From NCBI GenBank assembly GCA_026026165.1, contig JAPEUD010000032.1, forward strand, positions 186,001 through 238,964: DNA of 52,964 nucleotides, read 5' to 3'. This DNA comes from Sarea resinae (taxonomy: Eukaryota). The translations under genes were made by a program, and so were the position numbers. The notes under the pieces were generated by a model. It made no database searches. It was not told the DNA's origin and was given only the letters and a program-made list of their open reading frames with translations. The stretch's first letter is position 1. Each line of letters begins with the position of its first letter. Below are positions 36,331-48,956 of the stretch, piece by piece.

Positions 36331-39300
36331 ATGCCACGACCTCCTTTGATCTCCGATACAGTTTCGGCTTGTCGCGAGAGTTTCCACGAGTGCCTGACCG
36401 CCCCCAGTCTCTTCGACCGCGAATGGGCAGAGAATCGGCTTGCCGATCTCAACCTCTGGGCGGCCGGCCTAGGGGTTTTTGCCAGAAAAGATGCCTCTCT
36501 TGATCAACGATTGGCTCTGAAACCCGGGATCCGAGATGTTGTGATTAATCTCTTGTACATCTTGAAAGCATTCGTCGATCAATGCAGACAAAGCGGTGAG
36601 AAAGCGTACTTCACACAGCCGTTAGTCCAGCGTTTGACAGAACATCTTAGGATCCGAAGCCATAGAAAACCTTTCAATCGAAGACTCTGATCTACGAGGG
36701 AGAACGCCTTCCATCACTCTTTCACCTGGGCCACCCACACAACGATCCTTCTCGCCGTGGTCCGATGAATCAAGCTCTGATTCGACTACCGAACGTGAAT
36801 CTTCTTCTCCACCATCGGCTCTTGCCGAAGCTGTCAAAGGCACCGAAACCATCTTGGATCAGCTTGCCAGATTAGCAGTTGCCATTCGCCAATCTGGTGC
36901 CCATGCTCGCCTGCAAAAGGCGGACAAGACTTACAATCCTGATCACCACACAACCCTTCGTGATCATCTTACTTCTATCATACTTTCTCGGTCTTTTCGA
37001 TGGGGGACTACGGAGTTTGTTGCCAAATTCGAGGAGCTGAGCGAAATCCAGAAACGTCTTGTTGATGCCAATCTGAAACGCCGAAATCGATTCATATACG
37101 CACAGAAACACGCAAGGAAGCTTGCAGTAGCTCCGCCGGTACCGGTCCAAGCGATCGAAAAGCCAAAGCCCAAGGACCTTGGATTGCCCAGCAAGGCACA
37201 GGAGCCAAAGGAAACAATACCAACAAGGCCTCCAAATGCAGACCGAACGGTCCAGAAACCCCGATTCCTCACCCCAAATATGGCGGCGATGACCAACACC
37301 ACTGCGTCTGTTGTTGAAGGCTCTATCGCTGTGCCGCGAGCGACGGCACCTTCGCAGCCGGCAAGAACCGCGATAACTTCAACGGGCTCTAATATCGCCT
37401 ACCCTCATCCTCCACGGATAAAGCAAGGCCTGAACACTTTCAAGTGCCCATGCTGTTGCCAGATTCTCCCTGCCATGTTCGCTCAGAGTAGCCGATGGAA
37501 GTAAGTGCTCCCATCTTGATTTGAGTCAAGCACTTATTTCGAAACAGAAAGCACCTTGCAGGAGATATCTCCCCGTACACCTGCATCCTACCCAACTGTG
37601 CAAACCCGGAAGTTGTTTATGTCACCCGCGAGTCTTGGACCAAACACATGAGCAATGAGCACAGAACTTCTCGATCTTGGAAGTGTCTAGCGTGTAGTGA
37701 CGCTGTGTACTTTGACGACGAGGATCAATTTGTGGCTCATACGAAAGCGGAACACCGGGATACCATTTCAGATGAGCAGATCCTCTTTCTGACATCTGTA
37801 TCCTCGCAAACGACTTCTCTCGAAGTCAAATCCTGTCCACTTTGCAGCTGGGGAGATGAACAAGTTGTTAATACGGGCTTTCTACTCGACCATGTTGCTG
37901 AACATGTGCACTCCTTTTCTCTCCGATCCCTGCCCTGGGCACCCAAGGAGGAAAGTGAAGACAAACAGAATATCGAAAAATCTGTCAGAAAGGTAAGGGC
38001 GTGGTTTTCTAAATGGCCGACTTCAGCAGATGGAGACGAACATCGGCCAGTACACACGAAACAAAAACACCCGGAGGACGTTGACGATTATTTTGAAGGG
38101 AGCGATTACTTTGCCGAAAGCTCGGGGCTCTCAAGCCGTGGGAAGTCAACGATCTCTTCAGAGGAGCGGGATCTCACAGGATTTCCTGGAGAAGGATCGT
38201 TGGATTTTGAAGAGGAAGGATATTCACCGGAAAAGGAAACAAATAAACCTGACCACGAAAATACCAAGTATTCCTTTGAAGTAGCGCTTCAAATGGATAC
38301 CCATAGGTCATTATCAAGCGGATGGAACGTTTCCGAGCGGCAGAATGCGATCTATAATGAAACCCTTTGGAGACTGAACGAGACAGAAGGGTCGTGGTTT
38401 CTTTCCCATCCTATGTTTAAACGTTGGAAGGAGGATAGATTTTTTCTATGGCTCTATAGTGATGCTGGATGTGGCACATTAGCTTCCGTCATTATCGAGA
38501 ACTTGCTACAGAGTCGCGTAGCAGATTTGACTGGGTCTATCGCGGTCACCTTTTTCTACTGCAATCCTGAGAAAAACGACTTTCTTTGGGTCGAGGATAT
38601 GGTTTTCTCCCTGATCACCCAGCTCGCGATGCAATGCGAAGTGGTCCCTACGGCCCTCAGGCTTCTGTTTCAATCTTGCAGAGACAAAGATCGAGCGCCT
38701 ACAGACGAGGAAACAATGGACACTTTTAGGCAGATGGTCGATGAGCGCGATGCAACAACGTTTGTCATTCTTGATGGACTAGAAGAGTACAAGGAAAGAG
38801 CTGCACTCTTGAAAGCCATGGAGAAATATTGGCAGAACGGATTGATCCATGTACTGGTAACAAGTACGCATTCCGTGCAACTTAATATGGATGATCACAT
38901 TTGGGGCGAGCTCGAAATCAGAGAAGATGATCAAAACGAAAACCTCCGATTCTATATACGCAGGGTATTAGAATCTGATGTGCGATTGAAAGGTTGGACA
39001 ACTTCGGAGATTCGAGAACAGATTGAGAACAAACTTATCTATCAATCGAACGGAGTGTAAGACTATTTCCGTACCTCCGCTTTGATAAGCATTAATGAAA
39101 TACTAGATACCCGTGGATTTCCCGTCAGCTAAAGCTTCTTGGAGAGACGCATGACATTGAGGTAATATATCAGACGGTGACAGCTCCCTTGACAGTAAGC
39201 CAAATATACGGGCAAATTCTGCTTGAAATTCCTGAACCAAAAATCGATCTTGCACGATCATACTTCGAATGGCTCCTCCTATCTGCACGACCACTGGCAG

Positions 39301-41297
39301 TCAACGAACTTCTTGCTGGAACCGATCCAGGAACGTTATCCCAGGATGGCAGCGCTCGGTACTACAAACAAACTCGAGAAGAAGTTCTAGCCATATGTCC
39401 GAGCCTTATTAGCATATACTCTGGGTTGCGCTTGGGCCGAAGAGATTTAGAAAGTGTCGAATTCGTCAAGACACCAGTGATAAACTCGGACAGCTTATCT
39501 CATGGCGATATAGAGCAGAAGGTTCCGCATTCCGAAAGCACGTCTAAAAGGCTCGGCGGACCTATATTACAGCCTACGTTGAAGGAATTCCTGACCCAAG
39601 AATCGTTCCTAGTTCCTAATTTCCACTTAATTGAAATCGCTGCACATGAGCGCATAGTACGAAAATGTCTCGAGTACCTGTTACAGATTGGCCGGTCTAA
39701 CGGATGGGATTCCCATACCTTGAGGCTATATCCCCTCACAGGGTATGCAGCACAATACTGGGCCTTTCACGCTCAGAGAATGCCGATTTACAGCGACGTG
39801 AATGAGCTGATCATGAAACTATTCTCTAATCAACCGGCCTTTTTGACATGGCTACGGCTTTTCGGCCCAGATAACCCCAGCCGATACCCCGATGAGGAAG
39901 ACAGCAAAATCGATGCTGCAACTCCGTTGTATTATGCGTCGTTGATCGGTCTACTTGAGCCGGTCCGCCTTTTGCTCGAGCAAGGTGCAGATTCGAATGC
40001 GATTGGGGGGGAATGCAATACCGCACTTGGTGCAGCTGCTCATAACGGTCACCATGAGATAGTTAAGCTGCTGCTAGAGTCCGGCGCTGAAGTTGATATC
40101 CGAGGAAACTCTGGTACCGCCTTGTATATGGCTGCGTGCGCGGGGCATGATAAAGTGGTTTCCTTACTCTTGATGCATGGTGCTGACCTCAATGCCTGCA
40201 AGGGGGATCAAGGCACTGCTCTACGAGGAGCAGCGAAACATGGCCATGAGACCACCGTGCGACTCCTGTTGGACGCGGGCGCGGAGGTGAATAATCAAGA
40301 CGAAAGTACCGCTTTGCACGCTGCGGCATCCAGTGGCCATGAGACAATTTGCCGGCTGTTGCTCGAAGCAGGTGCTGAGGTCAATTGTCGAACGGAAAAA
40401 CATGGTACCGCATTACAAGCGGCAGCATGGGAGGGCCACGAATCGATTGTGCGGGTACTTCTAGATTATGGAGCTCTAAGCAACGCCCCACCTGAAGAGT
40501 CCGACACCGCATTGCCAGCCGCGGCTCTCACTGGCTGTGAATCGATTGTGCGCCTACTTTTGGAGAACGGAGCTGAAGTGAACGCTCTCAAGGGAATCGC
40601 ATTGACGGCTGCGGCGAGCGCAGGTCATGAATCAATAGTGCGCCTACTTTTGGATCGCGGAGCTGATGTTGATGCCCGGATAGTCGGAACCATGACCGCA
40701 TTGCAGGCTGCGTCTGTCAATGGCTATGAATCAATCGTGCGCCTACTTTTGGAGAAAGGAGCTGATGTGAACGCTTTTATGGGAACCGCATTAATAGCTG
40801 CGGCATCTAATGACCAATTGGTACTGCAACTACTCAGAGATCTAGGGGCTGATCCCGACACAGTACGCTACTTGATAGAAAGAGGAGGTCTTAAGACAGA
40901 TATAGATGCCGACACGGCGTTACAGATGGCAGCTAAGGAGGGCCACGATGGGATAGTCCAGCAACTCCTTGATCACGGAGCCGACATCAACGCTCCAGGA
41001 AGTCATGGGACTGCCTTGTACTTGGCGTCGAGCAGGGGATATACGTCAACGGTGCGACTGCTATTAGAACAAGGGGCTGATGTTAATAGCTCTGGAAACG
41101 AGCACGGAACTGCCTTGTACGCTGCAGCTTCTAACGGCCACGAGAGCATTCTTAAGATCTTACTAGAACACGGAGCTACTGTAGACAACTCCGGGTTCAA
41201 ACTTGAAACTGCACTACACATTGCGGTTTCTAAAGGCTATGAAGAAATAGTTCAAATCCTACGAGATCGTAGGTCAAATACAAATACTATTTCTTAG
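36331..41297 (+). CDS. NLR-like protein: helical N-terminal domain + C2H2-type Zn fingers + degenerate NACHT-like P-loop + winged helix + ~14 ankyrin repeats (~1604 aa)
   Basis: Exons 36331-36595, 36651-37500, 37548-39056 and 39107-41297 sum to 4815 nt in frame. Motifs: 'NRLADLNLWAAGLG...SLDQRL', 'FKCPCC', 'WKKHL..DI.PYTC...C', 'WTKHM..EH', 'C..C...F..H...EH', 'CPLC..DHVAEH'; NACHT-like 'GSWFL...FKRW..LWLYSDAGCGTLAS', 'FFYC', 'FVILDGLEE'; 'EWLLLSARPL..NEL'; 'YAAQYW..H'; ankyrins from about 39921. Confidence 0.88.
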
Positions 41298-41440
41298 TGT
41301 ACATTAGAGGGCTAAAGAAGGTAGGAAGAGGTTAGGTTAAGGTGAATTAGGAGGGTGCAGTAGGAGGATCGATAGATAGATAGGTACTAGCTAAGACTAT
41401 ATAGAAAGCAGTTGCCCTAAGAGGCATCGCGAGGAGAATG

Positions 41441-41562
41441 CCCCTAAGGGTATAAGTCTAAGCAGCAACAAGGATGCCTCTAAGGGCATAAGTCTAAGCA
41501 GTAACAAGGATGCCTCTAAAGGCATAAGTCTAAGCAGCGACAAGGATACCTCTAAGGGCATA
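41441..41562. repeat. 36-bp tandem repeat, about 3.4 copies (CCTCTAAGGGCATAAGTCTAAGCAGCAACAAGGATG)
   Basis: Units start at 41441, 41477 and 41513, with a partial unit at 41549. Differences between copies are C/T or G/A transitions. Confidence 0.85.
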
Positions 41563-42199
41563 ACACTAGGTAAGTAATTAAAACTGCTAAAGGCATAATT
41601 GATTTAAGGTCTAAAGTTATTGTCTCTAACAAACTATAAAGCCTAAAAAGAAGAAGGAAAGCAACAATATTTGTTTAATCTTAATATTTAGTTAACAAAG
41701 TACTAATTCACAAAACAGTTAGATACAACAATTATAAGAATAAAAAAAAGCCCCTTTAATTAAATTAAATTACAATAGAGATTAAATACTTAAGATCTAC
41801 CTGTTTAAATACTATCTAACTACTTGTATTAATACTTTATAATATCTTACTAGCTAGTACAAACAGTCTATAAGAAGCAAAAAGTATTATAATAATAGTA
41901 GCAATTATTATAGCAATAGTTAGTAGTAGTGTTAGTCTAACTATAGAGGTAAAAGATAGAAAGTAGGTTAGTAAGTTAGTAAGTAAAGTTAGGTAAGTAG
42001 GTAGGTAAGTAGGTAAGGCTTTATAGAGTAGTAGGTAACTTATTAGTAGAGTTATATAAGTGATTTAATTTGCGTTACCTCTATCTAGTAACTTGCTATA
42101 CTAATCTATCTCTACTAACTATATTATATATCTTTAGTGATTTACTATCACTTTCTTCTTAACTAATAAATTAGGAAAATTGTCTTAATATAGATTAGT

Positions 42200-45100
42200 A
42201 AATAATGTAAGGGCTACTACTAATAGAGGTGCTATATATAGCTTAGCGCAGTGTAGAGTAACTACCTAGTGTAGTTTAGCAACGTTTAGGTAAGCTAAGC
42301 AAGGTTATTAGTTATATAGATTAATAGAGGTGCTAGCTATTAGGGCTAGCGTTTAGTGCAATTACAAAGTTAGTGCCTACTAGCAATATCTATATCTATA
42401 GTATTAGTTCTGCATTGCTAGAGTAACGCTAGCACGCTGCAATACACTAACCTATTTAATTATACTATTCCTACCTACTCTACTATAGCTAGAAGTCTAA
42501 GAGGCAGTCTAATAATTCTAAACACTCTACTAATACAGTAATAGACTAAGTAAGATAGTAACAATAAATACATATAATACTATAAGGGCTCTTAATACTC
42601 TACTAGGTAAAAGAGCTAATAGAGATAATAGTAAGATAGTAGCAAGCTAGGTAGAAGGCAAGGTTAAAGAGCCTGTCTCTAACTAGATTACTAATTAATT
42701 ACTAGACTAAATATAGTAAGAGTGTGACGCTAAAGAGCAGCAGGCTTAATATTGTTGACTCTAAAGAGAGATAGCCTAGTTCTATATAGAACAGCAACTA
42801 CAAGCACTTATATAAGTATTACAGCTAGGACAAGGCCTTGCAGCTGCTACACTAGCACCTTACATCACTAACTAGACTAAAATCTAAGCTCTAGAGCTAT
42901 TTACAAGCAAGATAATTAAAGAGCATAATAAATTTATCTAATCCTATAAGATAGCGTTTTATCTAGGTGCTATTATAGATAAAAGTAATAATATAGCAAA
43001 GGTGCTATATGCTATGCAATACTTAAAAGACAAACTAGCGCTAGTATAGCACTAGGTTAAAGAATCTACTAGAAAAGACACCTATACCTAGGATAAATTT
43101 GTCTTATTCCTACTAGACTAAGTAGAAGATCTAGTAAATTAAGGTAGTTTAATATTACAGCTATACTATAACGCTACACAGGCGCTGCACTAGAGTATTA
43201 ATAGCTTTATAGCTTTCCTAGAACAGATTAAACTAGAAGTGCTAAGAGGATAAGATATCTCTAAAGAGCAGTGATACAACTTATTCTATACTAAGATCTA
43301 AAGTGAAATTTACTAGGAACTGCTCTAAACCCTACTAATACTACAAAAGTAGAGCGCTGCTATAGCGTTAGCAAATTAGGTAGAGGAACTCCTTTATATA
43401 AGCAATAAAAGGAATAAGAATAAGAACTCTAATCTATCTAAGCTAGACAATAAGTGATAGTATAGCAATAGCATAGAGAAAGAAAGGAGTTAGAATAAAT
43501 AAGGAACTAAATAAAAGTTTAATCCTACTAAACATAAGGGTAAAAGCCTACCTCTATAAGAATAAAAAACTTCTGCTTAGCCTAAGGATAATAAAGGCGA
43601 TAAGTCTATATAGTAGCCTTAACAGCTCTCTAATAAAGAGTATTACTATAGGTAAGAAGGTAACCTTTGCTTAAACTATAGCTAAAAAGGCTACTTTACT
43701 TCTACTTATAAGAATAAACATAATAATAGGCCTATACTAGCTTTATAACTAGAGCTAGAACCCTACACTATTTACTATCTTAGTGTAAGAGAATCTTAAA
43801 GAGCTCTAACCTTAAAATTAGAGACATCGCTAACTATTTACACCTCTAGTAGTACAGCAGATAGCACTACTTTAATTGACTTAGAAGTAGAAGCTTCTCT
43901 AGTTTTACAATTATAGATTAAAGAGTATAGAATCTCTAAGGCTAAGCTTAGGCAGCTACTTAGCGCAGTGATAATAAACAGCTTATAAGTAGCAATCTAT
44001 AGCTAATACTAATTAGAAATACAAGTTGCTAATAGTAATAGTATAAAGAAGATAGTGTAGTACTAGTTCTTTACCTATAACTTTAATAGTCCTCTATTCT
44101 TACTTAGGTATCTATAGCTGTCCTTATACTACTACAATATACATTAGTTAGAAGGTAAATTTAGCTATGTTAAGCCTATAGATAAGCCTAGGCTTAGTAA
44201 AGAACATTAGAAGAAACGTTAGCTAAACTGCTAAGAGATTATAGTAGTGCCTAAACCTATAGAGGTAGTAAAGCTTTACTAGGTTAGCGCTAGTAATAAG
44301 ATACCTAAATAGTATAAGGAATTTGCTTCTATCTTTAGTAAAGAGAAAGCTAGCTAACTTCCTAAGTATAGTCTAGCTAACTATACTATTAAGTTAGAAG
44401 GTAAAGACTCTCTCTATAGTCCTATATATCTATTATCCTAGAAAGAATTAGGTATTCTACAGACCTACCTAGATAACAGCTTAGTAAAGAGGTAGATCAC
44501 TCTCTCTATAAGCCCTATTAGTGCGCTAATCTTATTTATGCCTAAGAAAGATAGTAGTTTACAACTTTGCATTAACTACTAAGTGTTAAACAAGGTCACT
44601 ATTAAGAATCAATACCTATTACCCCTTATTTCTAAGCTTATAGACTAAATAAGCAGTGCTAAAGTTTTTTTAAAACTAGACCTAAGAGATACCTACTACT
44701 ATATAAGGATCTACAAAGGCGATAAGTATAAGACAATGTTCTGCACTTATTACAGCTAGTTTAAATATAAGGTTATACTCTTTAGATTAGCTAATACACC
44801 TGCTACATTTTAGAGCTATATTAATTATACATTATAAGGCCTAGTTAATGTCTGCTGCATTATCTATCTAGATAACATTCTTATATACTCTAATTCACTT
44901 AATAAGTATAAAAAGCATGTACACTAGGTCTTTAAACAGCTATTAACCTATAGCCTATATATAAAGCCTTTAAAATGTGTCTTTAGAGTGTAGGAAGTTA
45001 ATTTCTTAGGATTTATTATTAGGACTAATAGTATTACAATAGAGAAGAGCTAGGTAGACACTATAAAAGAGTGGCTAGCCTTTAAGACCTATTATAACCT

Positions 45101-48100
45101 CTAAGTCTTCCTAGGATTCGCGAATTTCTACTAATAGTTTATAGAGAAATACTTTGTTAAAGCGCTGCTATTAACTAGCCTGCTTGCTAGAAGTAAGAAC
45201 AGAAAGAAAAGCAGTCTATTCTACTTCTCTAAAGAAGCTAAGGAAGTATTTAAAGCCTTAAAAGAAGCTTTTACAACAGCGCCTATACTGCGCTACTACA
45301 ATCTAAAGAGGCAGATATAAGTAGAAACAGATGCTTCTAGATTTACTGTTACAGCAATTTTATCCTAGCTAGTTAAGGATAAACAAGGTGTAATAACAGT
45401 GTTAAAGTAGCACCTAGTTGCATACTAGTCTAGAAAGCTTACTAATACTAAATTAAGATATAAAGTGTATAACTTAGAGTTGCTAGCTATTATAATAGCT
45501 TTTAAGCAATAGCGCTACTACTTAGAAAGGGCTAACTACTCTATTAAGGTCTTAACTAACTATATAAATCTACACTACTTTATAACAATAAAAGAGTTAA
45601 CTTGTCGCTAGGCTAGATAGGCTAAACAGCTAGTAGCGTATGATTTTAAACTTATATATAGAGTAAAGAAAGCTAATCTAGCTAATAGGCTGTTGTAGCG
45701 CCCTAATTACAAGGTAAAGACATAGAGTCTAGAAGTAATACTTCTTACTCTATAGCAGAAGCTGTAGAACCTGTGTATATTAAAGAGAGATAGCACTACA
45801 CTAGTAATCTAAAACCTTCTTACTAGAACAGATAATAAGTATCTAGGTAAAATAGGCGCTAATACACTAAAGGATAATATATATCTATAAGAGATTAAAA
45901 ACCCCTCTAAGTTAGAGGATAACACTCTACCTACTGTTAATAAGCGATAGTAGTGCGCTAGGATAACACCTAGTCTAAGTGTAAAGAATAATATATATCT
46001 ATAAAGGATTAAAACCCTTTCTAGGTTATAGGATAAAACCTAGCCTAATATTAAAGAGCGATAGAGAGGCACTAGAGTAACACCTAGGCCTAGCCTAAAT
46101 AACAATACTAATAAGCTAGTATTAGGAGATAAGTTTAAACACCTCTATATAAGATAAGTAGTGTATAAAGCAACTACTAATAAAAGAGTGTATAAGCTGC
46201 TAACAGACTAGCTGCTTAATGTTATTCTTAGGACTTAGTAGGAAGATTATTTCGCTAAGGAAAAGATTAAAAGCATTCTTATTAAAGAGGTTACAGGCTA
46301 AGAAAAGTGGAAAATAGACTCTATAGGCCTGCTACACCTAGAAAGCAAAGTATATATACTGTGTAATACAGCTATTAGGTTAGAAATTATAAGTATAAAC
46401 TATAATAACTTGTTTAGTAGCTACTTTAGCGCTAAAAGAACAACAGAGGTAATCTAGTGTAAATACTAGTAGACTAATTTAGCTAAGGATATTAAAGAAT
46501 ATATTAATAAGTGCAATATATATTAAAGGGTCTAGGTGCCTAGGTATTGCCTATATAGCGAGCTACAGTTATTACCTATACTCTACTAGTTGTTTAAAGA
46601 AATCACTATAGATTTTGTAACAGGCCTACTACTAAGCAATATAAGAGATTATAAGGCCTATAATATAATAATAGTAGTAGTTAACTGCTATATAAAGATA
46701 GCGAAATATATTCTATACTAGATAAATCTAAATGCCGCTATACTTGCAGATATATTTATTAACGTTATAATAACAATATATAGTAATCTAAAGCGTATTG
46801 TATTAGATAGAGGCAGTGTATTTACAAGTAAGTTTTAGTTAGCAATATACTATTAAATGCAAATTAAGAACTAGCTTAGCACTACCTTCTACTTGCAGAT
46901 AGATAGCTAGACTAAGAGGTAAAACTAGACATTAGAATACTACTTATAGTGCTATATAAGCAGCTGCTAGGATAACTAGGCTCTGCTATTACTTATAGCT
47001 AAGTATATATACAATAATAGTATATATTTATCTATAGGAATGTTACTCTTCTATACCCTATATAGCTATAACCTAGATCTACAACTTAATATCACAGATA
47101 ATACTATAGAGAGAGAGGTGCTAGCAGTAAACAAGCGCCTTAATATTCTCTAAAGAGTAAGATAAAGACTAGAAGAGGATCTTACTAAGGTATAGCAGTA
47201 CTAAGCTAAGTAGTACAATAAAAAACATAAGCTAATACAATATAAAAAGAGTAATAGAGTTATGCTGTTAGTATACAACCTTAGCACTATACACCTAAGT
47301 AAGAAGTTAGAGCACTACTATATAGGCCTATTTATAGTACTTAACTCTATAGGTAAGTAAGCCTACTAGTTATAGCTCTCTAAGGCTTATAGATCTATCT
47401 ACTCTATATTTTATATATTGCTACTTAAGCGCTACTATAGTAATAGCAATACCTTAGACTAGTACTTTAAGCTAGTTAATAGCTAGGTTAAGTAGATTGT
47501 TAAGAAAATCCTAGGCTATAGAGTACTTAAGAGAGAGCGACAATATCTAGTTAAGTAGAAAGGAGCTCTAGTAGATAACACTAGCTAGGAGCTAGTAAAG
47601 CACCTAGTAAACACTATAGACCTAGTATAGGATTATAAACAGCACTTACTCTCTAACTAGTATAGAGGCCTAGCAAATAAAGAATAGAATACTAGTATGC
47701 TATTAACTAAGCCTTATAGTTAACTAAAAAAGCGACTGCTTAGTAATAGCGCTATAGAGGCGATAGCTAAGAGGCTAAGAGGCTACCTAAAGAAGAATCT
47801 ACTACTCTATAGAGAACCTCTAGCTAGCCTAGAGATACTAGTAACAAAACGCCTATAAGGAAGGCTATAGAAGTATAGCCTAAAGCTATAGGTAATTGTA
47901 AGAAAGAGACCTTACAGCTATCTAAGAAAGGACACGCTGTTGTAGCACTAGTAAGGAGCTGCTATTAGAACTCTTTCTACCTCTTTTACCTATAAAGGTT
48001 TTTAAGTAGTTTTAGTAAGCTAGTAAAGAGGTAGGCCTGCGATGCTATAGCGTGCTAATAGTGTACTATCTCTATAAAAGGCTATTAGGCAATAGAGCGA

Positions 48101-48250
48101 TAAAGCTACACAGCTACAATACTATAGTTATAAGAGGAGATAAAGTTATAGAAAAGAAAAGTGAAATTAACCCCTAGCGCTATTCTAGCGCATAACCTAC
48201 ACAATCTAGTATATAAACAGAAATAAAAAGACTACTATTCTATTACCTAA
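42200..48250 (+). mobile_element. RIP-degenerated Ty3/Gypsy (chromovirus) LTR retrotransposon relic; boundaries approximate
   Basis: The block is extremely TpA-rich and full of stops, with de-RIP-able motifs in canonical order: Gag (about 42800-43100), Zn knuckle C-x2-C-x4-H-x4-C (43665-43709), protease LID(S)G (about 43872), RT YLD(D>N) (44865-44876), RNase H VETDAS (45321), integrase ITMDFVTGLP (46602) / VSDRG / TDGQTER, and chromodomain 'YLVKWKG..SWEP' (about 47493-47640). A possible 3' LTR starts at TGTAAG about 47897. No matching 5' LTR was recognised. Confidence 0.9.
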
Positions 48251-48383
48251 CTACTTTGTCCTACCTGACTCTAAGGGCTCTAATTAGCCTAACCGCATTG
48301 CAGCGGCTAAAGACACTGTCTTCTCGTCGATTTTCGCCGATCTTCGCCTCTTTAAGGCATCGAAGCGAGCCCTAAGCGAGAAT

Positions 48384-48411
48384 CGACGGTGTTTTCGCGA
48401 CGGTGTTTTCG
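48384..48411. repeat. 14-bp direct tandem duplication (CGACGGTGTTTTCG)2
   Basis: Two exact copies at 48384-48397 and 48398-48411, upstream of the helicase element ORF. Confidence 0.9.
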
Positions 48412-48711
48412 CGCCTGTCAAAAAGCGCCCTCTGCCTACCGACCTAACCACCTTGATAGCTGCCTCAATCCTCGCCCGCGCGCCCGCCCTCTGTTCGTTC
48501 GATCGCTAGCCTGCCAGCGTCGATTTCCCACCCTTAGGGTTGCCCTGTCCCTTGGGGTTACTTAGGGTTCGAGGTATATCGAGAGGTGATTGCAGCCAGC
48601 TAAGGCAGACTAACAGCGCACTTTGCCTCTAGCGCCCGCGCAGCGCTCTAAGGAAAGGAGAAGGCTTGCTTGCGTCTGATCTACTAGCCGCCGTTTAAAG
48701 ATTTTAAAAAA

Positions 48712-48730
48712 CTTCTAGACAGTCTAGAAG
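48712..48730. repeat. Perfect 19-bp palindrome CTTCTAGAC-A-GTCTAGAAG (copy 1)
   Basis: The 9-bp arms are exact reverse complements. An identical copy lies at 50788-50806. Confidence 0.9.
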
Positions 48731-48956
48731 AAAAAGCTCTCTATATATATGTACACTGCGCCTGCCTAGCCTGCTAGCTATTTGGCCAGCCTGGCTGGCG
48801 AAATCCACCAGGAGAGTTTAAGCGTCACTTAGGGTTAAAGGAGGAGGATCAAGGTGGTTATTACAGTGAGCCAAGGCATGCTAACTGCGCACTTCGCCTG
48901 CAGCGGCGCCGCCGCCGCCCTTGATAACCGGCAGCGGCAGCCGCAGCAGGCGGCGC

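Noticed and set aside
39057..39180. Frameshift between the NACHT and ankyrin ORFs (two genes or a pseudogene)
   Set aside because: A 50-nt GT-AG intron (39057-39106) joins them in frame (..SNGV-YPWISRQL..).
41441..41562. 36-bp repeats as a CRISPR array
   Set aside because: The units are directly adjacent with no spacers, the context is eukaryotic and there are no cas genes.
41300..48290. Centromere or intact LTR pair
   Set aside because: The AT richness is explained by RIP of a Gypsy element, and no 5' copy of the putative 3' LTR was recognisable by eye.
48530..48840. True telomere or interstitial telomeric array
   Set aside because: Only isolated TTAGGG hexamers are present, not tandem ones, and RIP readily creates TAG-containing words.
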